This document shows, piece after piece, positions 37,251 through 47,086 of a stretch of 64,000 bases of DNA. The first letter of the stretch is position 1; every line of letters begins with the position of its first letter. The stretch is from Tepidisphaeraceae bacterium. Lineage in GTDB: Bacteria > Planctomycetota > Phycisphaerae > Tepidisphaerales > Tepidisphaeraceae. The notes below the pieces were generated by a model, which saw only the letters and a list, made by a program, of their open reading frames with translations, did not search any database and was not told the origin of the DNA. The translations under genes were made by a program, and so were the position numbers. Where the stretch lies: contig JBEKPV010000004.1 of the NCBI GenBank assembly GCA_049520395.1, forward strand, positions 4,672 to 68,671. The letters run 5' to 3'.

Positions 37251-38840
37251 TCAATGCTTGAAGTGGCGCCGCCCGGTCAGCACCAGTGCCGCGCCGCGGG
37301 AATCGACCAGGTCGATGGTTTCCTGATCCTTCAGCGATCCGCCGGGGTGAACGATGGCGGTAACGCCGGCGTCGAGCAAAAGCCGCGGCCCGTCCGGGAA
37401 CGGGAAAAACGCGTCGCTGGCGGCGACGGAACCGGCGACATTCCCGGCGGCTTTTTCGATCGCCAGCCTCGCGGCGCTGGGCCGGTCCATTTGCCCCGCC
37501 CCCGCCCCCAGCAGCATGCGATTCTTGCACACGACAATCGCGTTGCTTTTGACGTGTTTGCACACGAGCCAGGCGAATTTCAGATCGACCAGTTCCTCGT
37601 GGGTGGGCTTTCGGCGCGAGACGATTTTCCAGGCCACCTCATCAATTCCCGCCAGATCGCGTTTTTGCACCAGGTATCCGCCGGCAATTTTGTGCATGTG
37701 CCATTCCGCGGCGTCGCGCTCCCCCAGCGGGCCGACAGCCAGGAGGCGGACATTTTTCCATCGATCCTTCAGCAGCGCCAGCGCATCGTCGTCGAACCCC
37801 GGCGCGACGATGACTTCCAGAAGTTTGTCGATGGAGACGATCGCCTCGGCGGCGGGGAGATCGACCGGGCGGTTTAGCGCCACGATTCCGCCGAACGCCG
37901 CCAGCGGGTCTCCCTCGAAGGCGCGGCCGAATGCGGTGGCGACGTCGTGCGCCTCGGCGCAGCCGCACGGCGTCGTGTGTTTCACGATGCAGGCCGCCGG
38001 CTCGGAAAATTCCTTCACGCACGAGAGCGCCCCGTCGGCATCGAGCAGATTGATGTAGGACAATTCCTTCCCGTGCAATTGCGTCGCGCGGGCGACGGAG
38101 GCCTCGGCGCTTTTGCGATCGTCCACATAGAGCGCCCCAGGCTGATGCGGATTCTCGCCGTAACGCAGGACCTGTTTGCGCGTCAGATTCAATTCCATCC
38201 GCTCCGGAAGCGCCTGGGGCGATTCGTTCGGCTCCTCCAGTTGCTTTTCGAGATAGCGCCCGATCGCGGCGTCATAGGCGGCGGTATGGCTGAAGGCCAA
38301 TTGCGCCTGCTTAAATCGGTGTTTTCCGCACGAACTACCGGCATGTTTGCGCAGATCGCCCAGCACTTTTTCATATCGATCCGGGCTGGTGACGACCAGC
38401 ACAAAGCGGTGGTTTTTCGCCGCCGAGCGAATCATGGATGGGCCGCCGATGTCGATATTTTCGATCGCTTCCTCCAGCGCCACATTCGGCCTGGCGACGG
38501 TCTGCTCGAAGGGATAGAGATTCACGCAGACCAGATCGATCGGCAGAATTCCGTGCTCCTTCATTGCCGCGGCATGTTCCGGCTTATCGCGCAGCGCCAG
38601 CAAGCCGCCGTGAATTTTCGGGTGCAGCGTTTTGACGCGCCCGTCCATCATTTCGGGAAACCCGGTTATCTCGGAGACATCCACCACCTTTAATCCCGCG
38701 CTTCGCAGGAACGCGGCGGTGCCGCCGGTGCTGATGAGTTCGATCTTGAATTCGCGCTGCAGCGCGCCGGCGAAATCCGCCAGGCCGGTCTTGTCGGATA
38801 CGCTGATGAGTGCTCGTTGGACGGGGACCAGATCGGACAT
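37251..38840 (-). CDS. purH: Bifunctional AICAR transformylase / IMP cyclohydrolase
   Basis: RALISVSDKTGL, ISTGGTA, VKTLHPKIHGG and the C-terminal GGSLKDQE...TGRRHFKH. Confidence 0.95.
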   Translation of the reverse strand: MSDLVPVQRALISVSDKTGLADFAGALQREFKIELISTGGTAAFLRSAGLKVVDVSEITGFPEMMDGRVKTLHPKIHGGLLALRDKPEHAAAMKEHGILPIDLVCVNLYPFEQTVARPNVALEEAIENIDIGGPSMIRSAAKNHRFVLVVTSPDRYEKVLGDLRKHAGSSCGKHRFKQAQLAFSHTAAYDAAIGRYLEKQLEEPNESPQALPERMELNLTRKQVLRYGENPHQPGALYVDDRKSAEASVARATQLHGKELSYINLLDADGALSCVKEFSEPAACIVKHTTPCGCAEAHDVATAFGRAFEGDPLAAFGGIVALNRPVDLPAAEAIVSIDKLLEVIVAPGFDDDALALLKDRWKNVRLLAVGPLGERDAAEWHMHKIAGGYLVQKRDLAGIDEVAWKIVSRRKPTHEELVDLKFAWLVCKHVKSNAIVVCKNRMLLGAGAGQMDRPSAARLAIEKAAGNVAGSVAASDAFFPFPDGPRLLLDAGVTAIVHPGGSLKDQETIDLVDSRGAALVLTGRRHFKH

Positions 38841-38844
38841 GGCT

Positions 38845-40074
38845 TTACCGCTGCTCCGGCGTCGCCCAGACCAGTTCGCCGATGGTTCCCGGGGTCAGAT
38901 CCGCGCGGATCGACATGACTTCCCCGTCCGCGGTCGCGGCGTAGATCGTGGAATCTTTCATATTCACGGCAAACGCCGTCAGATCATGCCGCCGCGAGGT
39001 GAAGACCACTTGCCCCGTTTGCTTGTCCAGAGCCAGTAGCGAATTGGAATCGCTTTGCGCGTAAACGTACTGGTCGTCCTGCGCGACGAAGGCCAGCGCA
39101 TCGGGAGCGAACCATCGAGCGGAGTGGATCGGCTCTTCGCCCATCAATTTGCCGGGCTGCGAATCGAGGGTGATCGGCTCATTCTTGTCGATCGCGGCCA
39201 GTCCTTTGCCCGGAACGTAGAGATAGACCGTGGTGGAGGTGACAGCCGGCGCCGTTAGCAGCGGCGTGCCGGCGAAGTAGCGCCATTTGATCCGCCCGCT
39301 GGCGCGGTCGATGCAATAGAGCGATTGGTCACCCGAGACGGCATAGACGCCGGACTTATCCGCTTTAATATCCGCCACGATCGGTCCGCCGGTTTTGAAT
39401 TTGTAATCGTCCAGGAGGGGCCAGAGGGTATTTCCATCGGAATCGACTCCGATGACGCTGCCATCTTCGCTGCCGCAGTAGATTTCTTTTTCGAGGGTCG
39501 CCGGCGCGCCGTCCACGCGGCCGCCGGTCAGCACGTCCCAGACCGTCGGATTGGCGTCGCGGGAAATATCGATGCAGCGCAGGCGGCCGTTGAGTTCCGC
39601 GACGCCCATGAAAACGGTGTTATCCGGTCCCGCCGCGCCGGGGCTGGTAGCCCCTTCGTCGCAGGGGATCGAGCGCTGCAATCTTCCATGTTCGTTGTAG
39701 ATTTCCAGGGAATGACTGGTGACGTAGGCCACTCCATTATCGAGTAGCACCGGCGGACCCATCACCGGGGTTCCCGGCGGCGCGATTTGATTGAAATAAA
39801 GTAATTCTCCGCCGCTGGCGGTCAGGGCGTGGTCGATATTCTGATCGGTCATGATGTGCAGATTGTCGCCGACCAGGGAAATCGCCTTGACCGATTCCCC
39901 GCCGGTTAGCCGGATTTGATAATTCCATTGCTGAATGAATCCCGGATCGGAGAGGGTTACAAATTCCGGCCCTTGTGCCGCCGGCGCTGCGTGCGACGGC
40001 GCGCAAGCCGCCAGGGCCAAACAGAACAAAACCAGGGCGGCGGCGTCGGCGGTCGACTTTAGCGGTTGGATCAC
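38845..40074 (-). CDS. PQQ-like beta-propeller repeat lipoprotein (BamB-like)
   Basis: Lipobox LALAAC after the GTG at 40074, which has GGAG 6 nt upstream. The track start at 40182 is less likely. Repeated ...G.vYv.s.dg.l.aiD..tG...W... blades run throughout. Confidence 0.6.
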   Translation of the reverse strand: MIQPLKSTADAAALVLFCLALAACAPSHAAPAAQGPEFVTLSDPGFIQQWNYQIRLTGGESVKAISLVGDNLHIMTDQNIDHALTASGGELLYFNQIAPPGTPVMGPPVLLDNGVAYVTSHSLEIYNEHGRLQRSIPCDEGATSPGAAGPDNTVFMGVAELNGRLRCIDISRDANPTVWDVLTGGRVDGAPATLEKEIYCGSEDGSVIGVDSDGNTLWPLLDDYKFKTGGPIVADIKADKSGVYAVSGDQSLYCIDRASGRIKWRYFAGTPLLTAPAVTSTTVYLYVPGKGLAAIDKNEPITLDSQPGKLMGEEPIHSARWFAPDALAFVAQDDQYVYAQSDSNSLLALDKQTGQVVFTSRRHDLTAFAVNMKDSTIYAATADGEVMSIRADLTPGTIGELVWATPEQR

Positions 40075-40266
40075 GGCGATCTCCAGATCAATACATTGGG
40101 GTCTGAAGCACCCAAGGCTCCAGCGGCCCGGAGGGATTGAGATCAAGGATAGTCGATCCCTACTATAAGGGTCAAACCGCATTTATGGCCCCGATTGCGG
40201 GGCAACATCGGTGGCGGAATCGATTCCGATAACGTTGGAGCCCTCCAATCCGACCCATCGGCCGTA

Positions 40267-40294
40267 TTGACATCGGTTTGTAACGATTTATACT
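40267..40294 (+). promoter_or_regulatory. Sigma70-type promoter candidate for the tRNA-Thr / tuf / rpmG transcription unit
   Basis: TTGACA (40267..40272), a 16-nt spacer, then TATACT (40289..40294), about 80 nt upstream of the tRNA-Thr 5' end. Confidence 0.45.
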
Positions 40295-40375
40295 CTCCGC
40301 CCTTCTTCGGCTTGCGGTACGCGCCAGCCGGGCGGTACCGCCGGCAGAGCCGTTCGACCGTGAGTTGGCGGTGGC

Positions 40376-40447
40376 GCTGGCATAGCTCAGCGGTAGAGCG
40401 CCACCTTGGTAAGGTGGAGGTCCTGGGTTCAATCCCCAGTGCCAGCT
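40376..40447 (+). tRNA. tRNA-Thr (anticodon GGU)
   Basis: Hand-folded cloverleaf: GCTGGCA TA GCTC AGCGGTA GAGC G CCACC TTGGTAA GGTGG AGGTC CTGGG TTCAATC CCCAG TGCCAGC T. No CCA is encoded. Confidence 0.9.
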
Positions 40448-40604
40448 TTGCACGGCGCTTCTTATCCTTAGCGGCGTCCCTTTTGTGCGGGACGCGGGTT
40501 CACCGAAGTAAGCGACCTATTTACGACGACGGACCGATACGGGATATTGGCGTCCCGATCGACCACTGTGGCGAGATAAAAATTCAGATCCGGAGGTATT
40601 GGAC

Positions 40605-41801
40605 ATGGCCAAGGGCGTATTCGAACGCAAAAAACCGCACGTGAACGTTGGAACCATTGGGCACATCGACCACGGGAAGACCACTCTGACCGCGGCGCTC
40701 AGCGCCCGGGCGTCCGCCCGATTTGGCACCGAGGCCAAGGACTACAAGTCCATCGCCAAGGGCGGCACCGAACGCGACGCGACCAAGACGGTGACCATCT
40801 CCGCCGCCCACGTCGAGTACGAATCGGAGAAGCGGCACTACGCCCACGTCGACTGTCCCGGTCACGCCGACTACATCAAGAACATGATCACCGGCGCCGC
40901 GCAAATGGACGGGGCGATTCTGGTCGTCTCCGCCGCGGATGGGCCCATGCCGCAGACCCGCGAGCACATTCTTCTGGCGCGTCAGGTGGGCGTGCCCAAG
41001 ATCGTGGTCTTCCTCAATAAGATCGATCTGGTCGACGATCCGGAGCTGCTCGAACTGGTCGAGATGGAAATCCGCGAACTGCTGACCAAGTACGGTTTCC
41101 CCGGCGACAGCACGCCGGTCATTCGCGGCTCGTCCCTGCCGGCCTATCAGAACCCCAAGGACGACAAGGCCTGCAAGCCGATCGACGATCTGGTCAAGGC
41201 TCTGGACGATTACATTCCGATTCCGCAGCGCGAAATCGACAAGCCCTTCCTGATGCCGATCGAAGACGTCTTCAGCATCAAAGGTCGAGGCACGGTCGGA
41301 ACCGGGCGTATCGAACGCGGCCGCGTGAAGGTTGGCGACACCATCGAAATCGTCGGGCTCAAGCCGAATAAAAATTCGGTCGTCACCGGCGTCGAGGCGT
41401 TCAACAAGACGCTGGACGAAGGACAAGCCGGCGAAAACGTCGGCGTGCTGCTCCGCGGCATCGAAAAAGAGGAACTCGAACGCGGCCAGGTGCTGGCGGC
41501 TCCCAAGAGCATCACCCCGCACACCAAGTTCGAGGCCGAGGTTTACATCCTGACCAAGGAGGAAGGGGGTCGTCATACCCCGTTCTTCACCGGATATAGG
41601 CCGCAGTTCTATTTCCGGACGACCGACGTTACCGGCACCGCCAAACTGCTCGGCGGCGCGGAAATGGTCATGCCCGGCGATAACATCACCATGGAAGTGG
41701 AATTGCAGGCCCCCATCGCCATGGAGGAAAAACTCCGCTTCGCCGTACGCGAAGGCGGGAAAACCGTCGGGTCGGGCGTCGTGGTCAAGATCCTGGCGTA
41801 A
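40605..41801 (+). CDS. tuf: Elongation factor Tu
   Basis: [28 protein letters not shown]..., [16 protein letters not shown] 40605 lies 8 nt after GGAGG. The track start at 40599 is a TTG. Confidence 0.97.
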   Translation: MAKGVFERKKPHVNVGTIGHIDHGKTTLTAALSARASARFGTEAKDYKSIAKGGTERDATKTVTISAAHVEYESEKRHYAHVDCPGHADYIKNMITGAAQMDGAILVVSAADGPMPQTREHILLARQVGVPKIVVFLNKIDLVDDPELLELVEMEIRELLTKYGFPGDSTPVIRGSSLPAYQNPKDDKACKPIDDLVKALDDYIPIPQREIDKPFLMPIEDVFSIKGRGTVGTGRIERGRVKVGDTIEIVGLKPNKNSVVTGVEAFNKTLDEGQAGENVGVLLRGIEKEELERGQVLAAPKSITPHTKFEAEVYILTKEEGGRHTPFFTGYRPQFYFRTTDVTGTAKLLGGAEMVMPGDNITMEVELQAPIAMEEKLRFAVREGGKTVGSGVVVKILA

Positions 41802-41817
41802 TTAAAGAAGTGTTCCC

Positions 41818-41982
41818 ATGGCCAAAGAAAACCGAGAAATGGTCTGGCTCCAGTGCACCGAAACGGGCGATCTGAATTACCGCACCGAACTGAAGGTCCT
41901 GGGCGGCGCCCCGAAGATCGAGCTCAAGAAATATTGCCCCAGGCTCAGGCGCCATACCATGCATAAGATCAAGAGGAAATGA
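41818..41982 (+). CDS. rpmG: 50S ribosomal protein L33
   Basis: Below the ORF-track size cutoff. My translation is MAKENREMVWLQCTETGDLNYRTELKVLGGAPKIELKKYCPRLRRHTMHKIKRK (54 aa), and it sits in the canonical position after tuf. Confidence 0.9.
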   Translation: MAKENREMVWLQCTETGDLNYRTELKVLGGAPKIELKKYCPRLRRHTMHKIKRK

Positions 41983-41987
41983 GAGAT

Positions 41988-42089
41988 AATGCTGAATGCT
42001 GAATGCTGAATGATGAATGATGAATTGAAATGCAGGATGCAGGTTTTGCCCTTAATTCATCATTCAGCATTCATCATTCAGCATTCATT
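41988..42089 (+). repeat. Long imperfect hairpin built from tandem heptamers (TGAATGC x3, TGAATGA x2 and their complements)
   Basis: The left arm aatgctgaatgctgaatgctgaatgatgaatgatgaatt (41988..42026) pairs with the right arm aattcatcattcagcattcatcattcagcattcatt (42054..42089). It lies between the rpmG stop and tRNA-Trp. Confidence 0.75.
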
Positions 42090-42102
42090 TAGATCGCCTG
42101 CT

Positions 42103-42175
42103 ACGCCAGTAGCTCAATTGGCAGAGCGGCCGTCTCCAAAGCGGCAGGTTGGGGGTTCGATTCCCTCCTGGCGTG
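42103..42175 (+). tRNA. tRNA-Trp (anticodon CCA)
   Basis: Hand-folded: ACGCCAG TA GCTC AATTGGCA GAGC G GCCGT CTCCAAA GCGGC AGGTT GGGGG TTCGATT CCCTC CTGGCGT G. It is in the classic position upstream of secE-nusG. Confidence 0.9.
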
Positions 42176-42181
42176 TGAAAC

Positions 42182-42721
42182 ATGACGACACCAAACATTA
42201 GCCAGGGAAACCGGGGAATGACCACCGCGGATAAATCCGAGCCGCCTGGCAAGCCTCCAAAAGGCCCCGAAGGCCCGTCCCCCTCCGAAGGCGGATCGGG
42301 CGGGTATTTCACCATCTATAAAAAGGGCCAGGGGTATTGGACGCGCATGGGGACGGTATCGGCCGTCTCCCTCATCGGAATCGCCTTTGCCCACTTCCTC
42401 TATGAGGAGCGGCTTTTCTTCAATCTTTCGGAGATGCAAATCTACGGCGTGATCGCGGTTCTGGGCGCGCTGTATGCCGGGTTCGCATATCACATGCTGA
42501 ACAAGCCGTCGAACGTCGATTTTCTGATCTCCACCGACAGCGAAATGAAGCGCGTGAACTGGACGAGCCAGAAGGACCTCGTCGGCTCCACGCGCGTGGT
42601 GATCGCTTTCGTGTTCATCATGGCTTGCGTCCTCTTTATTTACGATCTGTTTTTCCAGACCGTGTTCTATTTGGTTGGAGTGCTCAAGACGCCTCCGCCG
42701 TTCTTTCCAGTCAAGCATTGA
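42182..42721 (+). CDS. secE: Preprotein translocase subunit SecE (three-TM form with a Pro/Gly-rich N-terminal extension)
   Basis: C-terminal FLISTDSEMKRVNWTSQKDLVGSTRVVIAFVFIMACVLFIYDLFF is the SecE signature region. The position before nusG supports the call. The start is uncertain, with an alternative ATG at 42218. Confidence 0.8.
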   Translation: MTTPNISQGNRGMTTADKSEPPGKPPKGPEGPSPSEGGSGGYFTIYKKGQGYWTRMGTVSAVSLIGIAFAHFLYEERLFFNLSEMQIYGVIAVLGALYAGFAYHMLNKPSNVDFLISTDSEMKRVNWTSQKDLVGSTRVVIAFVFIMACVLFIYDLFFQTVFYLVGVLKTPPPFFPVKH

Positions 42722-42729
42722 GCACATTT

Positions 42730-43275
42730 ATGCAATTTTTCGTTTTGAGAGTCGCCAGCAACAAGGAAGACCGCGTCCGCGAGTCGCTGGTCCGCAAGGT
42801 CAAAATTGAGGCCCTGGAGGCCCAGGTGGGGCGAATCCTCGTCCCGGTTGAGAAGGTGCGCCAGATCAAGGACGGAAAACGCCGCGATACCGACCGCAAG
42901 CTCTACCCCGGCTACGTTTTCATCGAACTGCAGCTGGATCCCAACGGCATGATCCCGGAAAAAGTCTGGTTCATGATCAAGGAAACCGACGGCGTCGGCG
43001 ATTTCATCGGCTCCAACGGCAAACCCACCCCGATGAGCCCCAAAGACCAGGCCAAAATGCTCGAAGAGGCCGAGCGCCCCGACGACTCCGGCCCGACCAT
43101 CCAGACCGCCTACAAGCGCGGCGACCGCATCAAGGTCACCGAAGGCCCCTTCGTCAATTTCGAAGGGGACGTCGACGAAATCATCGCCGACAAAGGGATG
43201 GTCCGCATCATCGCCACCATCTTCGGCCGCCCCACCCCCCTCGAACTCGAATACTGGCAGATCGAAAAACTCTAA
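42730..43275 (+). CDS. nusG: Transcription termination/antitermination factor NusG
   Basis: MQFFVLRVASNKEDRVRESL...YPGYVFIEL... with a KOW region GDRIKVTEGPFVNFEGDVDEI. ATG 42730 is preferred over the track start at 42625. Confidence 0.9.
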   Translation: MQFFVLRVASNKEDRVRESLVRKVKIEALEAQVGRILVPVEKVRQIKDGKRRDTDRKLYPGYVFIELQLDPNGMIPEKVWFMIKETDGVGDFIGSNGKPTPMSPKDQAKMLEEAERPDDSGPTIQTAYKRGDRIKVTEGPFVNFEGDVDEIIADKGMVRIIATIFGRPTPLELEYWQIEKL

Positions 43276-43326
43276 TCCGCCCGGGTACAATTCAACCAGG
43301 GGACGCCCCAGCGGCCCCGTTGCGGC

Positions 43327-45501
43327 ATGGATCCACTTACGATCCAACAGATTCTCCAACTGGCGCTCAGCCGCCAGCAAGCCGGACAATTCCACGAAGC
43401 CGAGCAACTCTATCGGCAACTCCTCACCATCCACCCCGAGCATTTCCTCGCGCTGCATCATCTCGGCGTGATCGCCCTCCAGACGGGTCGAAACGATCTG
43501 GCCATCGATTTAATCCGCCGCGCCATTGCGGTCGACCCGGCCCACGCCGAAGTCTACGGCAATCTCGGCATCGCCCTAAACCGCGCCGGCAAATTCGATG
43601 AAGCCATTGCCTCATATCAAAGGGCCATCGCCCTCAATCCCAATCTCGCCCAGGTTCACGCCAATCTAGGCAACGCCCTCAAGGATAAAGGGAGGCTCAA
43701 TGACGCTATCGCCGCCTATCGGCAGGCGATCGCCCTGAAACCCCAGTTTCCCGAGGCATTCACCAATCTCGGCAATGTGCTGAGAAACATCGGCCGACTT
43801 CAGGAATCCATCGCCGCTTCAAAGCAAGCCATCTCCCTTAAACCCGACTACGCCGAAGCCTACAGCAATCTCGGCAACGCACTGAAAGATGCCAGACAAC
43901 TCGTCGAAGCGATAGCCGCCTATCGCCAGGCCCTCGCCCTCAAACCCAACTTTCCCGACGCTCAGAACAATCTCGGAAGCGCACTGCGAGACGGCGGCCA
44001 GCTCCCGGAGGCAATTACCGCCTTTCGCCAGGCCATCGCCCAGAAGCCGGACTTCCCCGAAGCCCATTTCAATCTAGGCAATGCCCTCGCCGCCTGTGGC
44101 CAACTCGACCAGGCCATTGCCGCCTATCGCCAGGCCATCGCCCTCCGGCCCGGCTTCGCCGACGTCTTTAGCAATCTCGGAGTCGCCCTGAAGCTCAAGG
44201 GAAATCTCGACGAGGCCCTCGCCGCCTATCGCCAGGCCCTTGCCCTCAGGCCGAATTTCGTCGCAGCCCACAGCAATCTCGTCTACGCGCTGCACTATCA
44301 TCCCGACTACGACGCCCCGGCCATCTTGGCCGAACATAGCCAGTGGGATCAGCGGCATGCCGCTCCATTTCGCAACGCCTCGCCATCTCACGACAACGAC
44401 CCTTCGCCCGATCGACGACTGAAGATCGGCTACGTCTCACCCGATTTCCGCGACCATGTCGTCGGACAAAATATTCGCCCCCTCTTTCGTCACCACGATC
44501 GCACGCTTTTCGATATCACCTGCTACGCCCAGGTGCTCCACCCCGATGAGATGACCCGCCAGTTTCAGCAAGACGCCGGCAGCTGGCGCGACATCGTCGG
44601 ACTCAGCGACGAACAAGTAGCCGCCCAAATCCGTGGCGATCGCATCGACATCCTGGTGGATTTAGCCTTGCACATGCACGGCAGCCGCCTGCTCGTTTTC
44701 GCCCGCCGGCCGGCCCCGATACAAATTACCTTCGCCGGTTACCCGGGCACCACGGGCCTGACCGCCATCGATTTTCGGCTCACCGATCCCTATCTCGATC
44801 CCCCCGGCGAGCAGGATGATTTCTACTCCGAAAAATCGATTCGCCTCTCCAACTCCTTCTGGTGTTACGACCCCGCCGCCGAAATGCCCGACGTCGGCCC
44901 GCTCCCCGCGGCAACAAACGGCCACATCACCTTCGGCTGCCTCAATAATTTCTCCAAAGTCACCGATCCCACACTTTCCCTCTGGTCCGCCATCCTGAGG
45001 GCCGTCCCGCGCTCCCGATTGATCCTTCTCTCCCCCCACGGCGAGCATCGCCAGCGAGTGCTGACCCAACTCGCTATCGAACCCAGCCGCGTCGAAATCA
45101 TCGAGCACCAGCCGCGCGACCAATACCTCCGAACCTATCACCGCATCGATCTTTGTCTCGACACGTTCCCCTACAACGGCCACACCACCAGCCTGGATTC
45201 CCTCTGGATGGGCGTCCCCGTGATCACCCTGTGCGGAAAAACAGCCGTCTCGCGCGCGGGCTACAGCCAGTGCAAGAATTTAGGATTAGCCGATGAACTC
45301 GTCGCACAAACTCCCCAGGAGTTTGTTCAACGGGCGATCGATCTGGCCGCTCAACCCAATCGTCTGGCTGAATTGCGCTCGAGCCTGCGATCGCGCATGG
45401 AAAACTCCCCATTAATGAACCCGCGGCAATTTGCCGCAAATATCGAATCCGTCTACCGCCGGCTTTGGCGAGACTTCTGTCATGCCGGCGCCAAGCGCTG
45501 A
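43327..45501 (+). CDS. TPR-repeat protein with a C-terminal GT41 (O-GlcNAc transferase / SPINDLY-like) domain
   Basis: About nine 34-aa TPR units (A..Y..AL.L.P.....NLG..L), then IGYVSPDFRDH, ITFGCLNNFSKVT and LDTFPYNGHTTSLDSLWMGVPVITL. Confidence 0.8.
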   Translation: MDPLTIQQILQLALSRQQAGQFHEAEQLYRQLLTIHPEHFLALHHLGVIALQTGRNDLAIDLIRRAIAVDPAHAEVYGNLGIALNRAGKFDEAIASYQRAIALNPNLAQVHANLGNALKDKGRLNDAIAAYRQAIALKPQFPEAFTNLGNVLRNIGRLQESIAASKQAISLKPDYAEAYSNLGNALKDARQLVEAIAAYRQALALKPNFPDAQNNLGSALRDGGQLPEAITAFRQAIAQKPDFPEAHFNLGNALAACGQLDQAIAAYRQAIALRPGFADVFSNLGVALKLKGNLDEALAAYRQALALRPNFVAAHSNLVYALHYHPDYDAPAILAEHSQWDQRHAAPFRNASPSHDNDPSPDRRLKIGYVSPDFRDHVVGQNIRPLFRHHDRTLFDITCYAQVLHPDEMTRQFQQDAGSWRDIVGLSDEQVAAQIRGDRIDILVDLALHMHGSRLLVFARRPAPIQITFAGYPGTTGLTAIDFRLTDPYLDPPGEQDDFYSEKSIRLSNSFWCYDPAAEMPDVGPLPAATNGHITFGCLNNFSKVTDPTLSLWSAILRAVPRSRLILLSPHGEHRQRVLTQLAIEPSRVEIIEHQPRDQYLRTYHRIDLCLDTFPYNGHTTSLDSLWMGVPVITLCGKTAVSRAGYSQCKNLGLADELVAQTPQEFVQRAIDLAAQPNRLAELRSSLRSRMENSPLMNPRQFAANIESVYRRLWRDFCHAGAKR

Positions 45502-45558
45502 TCCGGAGTTTCCGCGGTTGCCTCATTTCCGCCGTCAGGTTAAACCAGCCACCGCCGC

Positions 45559-46608
45559 ATGCCCAAACGCCCCCGAAACCTCGGCTTCACTCTCGTCGAG
45601 TTGCTCGTCGTCATCGGCATCATCGGCATCCTGGCGGGCATCCTGCTCCCCGTCATCTCCCGCGCCCAGCAGCAAGCCCGCGCCATTAAGTGCTTATCGA
45701 ACCTGCGGCAGATCGCCATGGGCCTGGTGGACTATTCCTCGCAGAATTACGGTTATGTCGTCCCCGCCTATAACATGCCTTTCGCGCCGGGAGCCACGAC
45801 CAATATCAACGGCGGACCGCAGCAGCCGTTCGACGGATGGGCTTCCATCCTCGTCCGCGACGGTTTCGTTCCCACCAGTGGCTTCAATCAGCCGCCGGGG
45901 CAGTCGGCGTACGTTGTTGATACCAACAGCGCTTTCTATTGCCCCGACACGTATGAAGTCGCCGGCGTAGCCGACGGCCAGACCAGCCCCACCGGCACCA
46001 TCGTCGATCAGGCCAATCCGCGCGGGTATTGCGATTGGCCGATGGTCTTCCCCGTGGTCGGCGGCGACGGCGGGGTGAAACTCGACACCACCATCCCCTC
46101 CGAAGGATTCAACAAAGTTTTCCGCGTCTCCTATTGGTTCAACGCCTACAACCCCATCGGCGGCGCGGTCGCCAATATCTCCCAGGCTGATCTCTATTAT
46201 TCCGCCTCCGTCGGCTACGGCCCCGATTCAACCGGCGCATACATTCATCTTCACAAAGTTTCCAGCATCAAACATTCGTCGCAGTTGATCGTGGCCGCCG
46301 ACGGGCTTTACATGGGCCGCCAATCCGTCGATCAGGTCGGCATGACCAATTGCCGCATCGGCTATCGCCATCGCGGCGTTTTGGGGCCGAACACCGTGGC
46401 CAACGCGGCCTTTGCCGATGGACACGTCGAGGCGCTCAGCGGCAATCAATTCCCCTGCTCCTACGCCAAGACAACCAGCTATACCGGAAATAAAGGCACG
46501 ACGACGCTATCCAAGCAGCAAACGGAGAACCTCACCGGCCCCACGGTTTACGCCGACCCCGCGATGGCGTTGCGCATTTTCATGCTGCTTAATCCCGGCG
46601 CGCATTAG
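45559..46608 (+). CDS. Prepilin-type N-terminal cleavage/methylation domain protein, DUF1559 / H-X9-DG family
   Basis: GFTLVELLVVIGIIGILAGILLP, CLSNLRQI and a C-terminal NAAFADGHVEAL. Confidence 0.8.
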   Translation: MPKRPRNLGFTLVELLVVIGIIGILAGILLPVISRAQQQARAIKCLSNLRQIAMGLVDYSSQNYGYVVPAYNMPFAPGATTNINGGPQQPFDGWASILVRDGFVPTSGFNQPPGQSAYVVDTNSAFYCPDTYEVAGVADGQTSPTGTIVDQANPRGYCDWPMVFPVVGGDGGVKLDTTIPSEGFNKVFRVSYWFNAYNPIGGAVANISQADLYYSASVGYGPDSTGAYIHLHKVSSIKHSSQLIVAADGLYMGRQSVDQVGMTNCRIGYRHRGVLGPNTVANAAFADGHVEALSGNQFPCSYAKTTSYTGNKGTTTLSKQQTENLTGPTVYADPAMALRIFMLLNPGAH

Positions 46609-46775
46609 GCCGCGATGTGCTAACGTTGCATGGCCACGAAAAACGGGTGCCATCAACCATCGTTCGTGCCCAATTCCCCCGACCCGGTTTTTGCGGGTCA
46701 ATTGTGTGCTAATACCCCATCGAAAGCCGATGCCTTATTGCGGAATTCAAGCTATAGTAAGACCGAGGTCATCCT

Positions 46776-47024
46776 ATGACATGGAGCGTTTCTCTTTCAC
46801 GTAAAGCCGAGGCGAAGCTCAAGCGGCGGGCGGCCGCCGAGGGCAAAGACCCGAGGGATTACGCATCCGATCTGCTGGAGCACGCCGTCACTCGCCCCAG
46901 CCTGCAGGAATTGCTCGCGCCCTCGCAAGCGGAGTTCGCCAAAACCGGAAAGACCAAAGAGCAGGTCATGGCAATGGGCCGTCGGATTGTTGATCGAGTT
47001 CGCCGCACGAAGGGCGATCGATAG
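46776..47024 (+). CDS. Small ribbon-helix-helix-like protein (putative antitoxin)
   Basis: 82 aa, with GAGG 7 nt upstream. The N-terminus VSLSRKAEAKLKRRAAAEGKDPRDYASDLLEHAV fits an RHH strand-helix-helix pattern. The stop overlaps a GTG (TAGTG). Confidence 0.45.
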   Translation: MTWSVSLSRKAEAKLKRRAAAEGKDPRDYASDLLEHAVTRPSLQELLAPSQAEFAKTGKTKEQVMAMGRRIVDRVRRTKGDR

Positions 47025-47086
47025 TGACTCCGCGGGCGGTCTATGACGTCATGGTCTTTTTCCAGCGAGTGGCTTGGCGAGATTGA
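47024..47086 (+). pseudogene. Possible 20-codon remnant of a PIN-type toxin gene
   Basis: The GTG overlapping the antitoxin stop opens VTPRAVYDVMVFFQRVAWRD*, reminiscent of the PIN N-terminus (v.lDtnV...). It ends after 20 codons, just before the convergent PHP gene. Confidence 0.25.
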
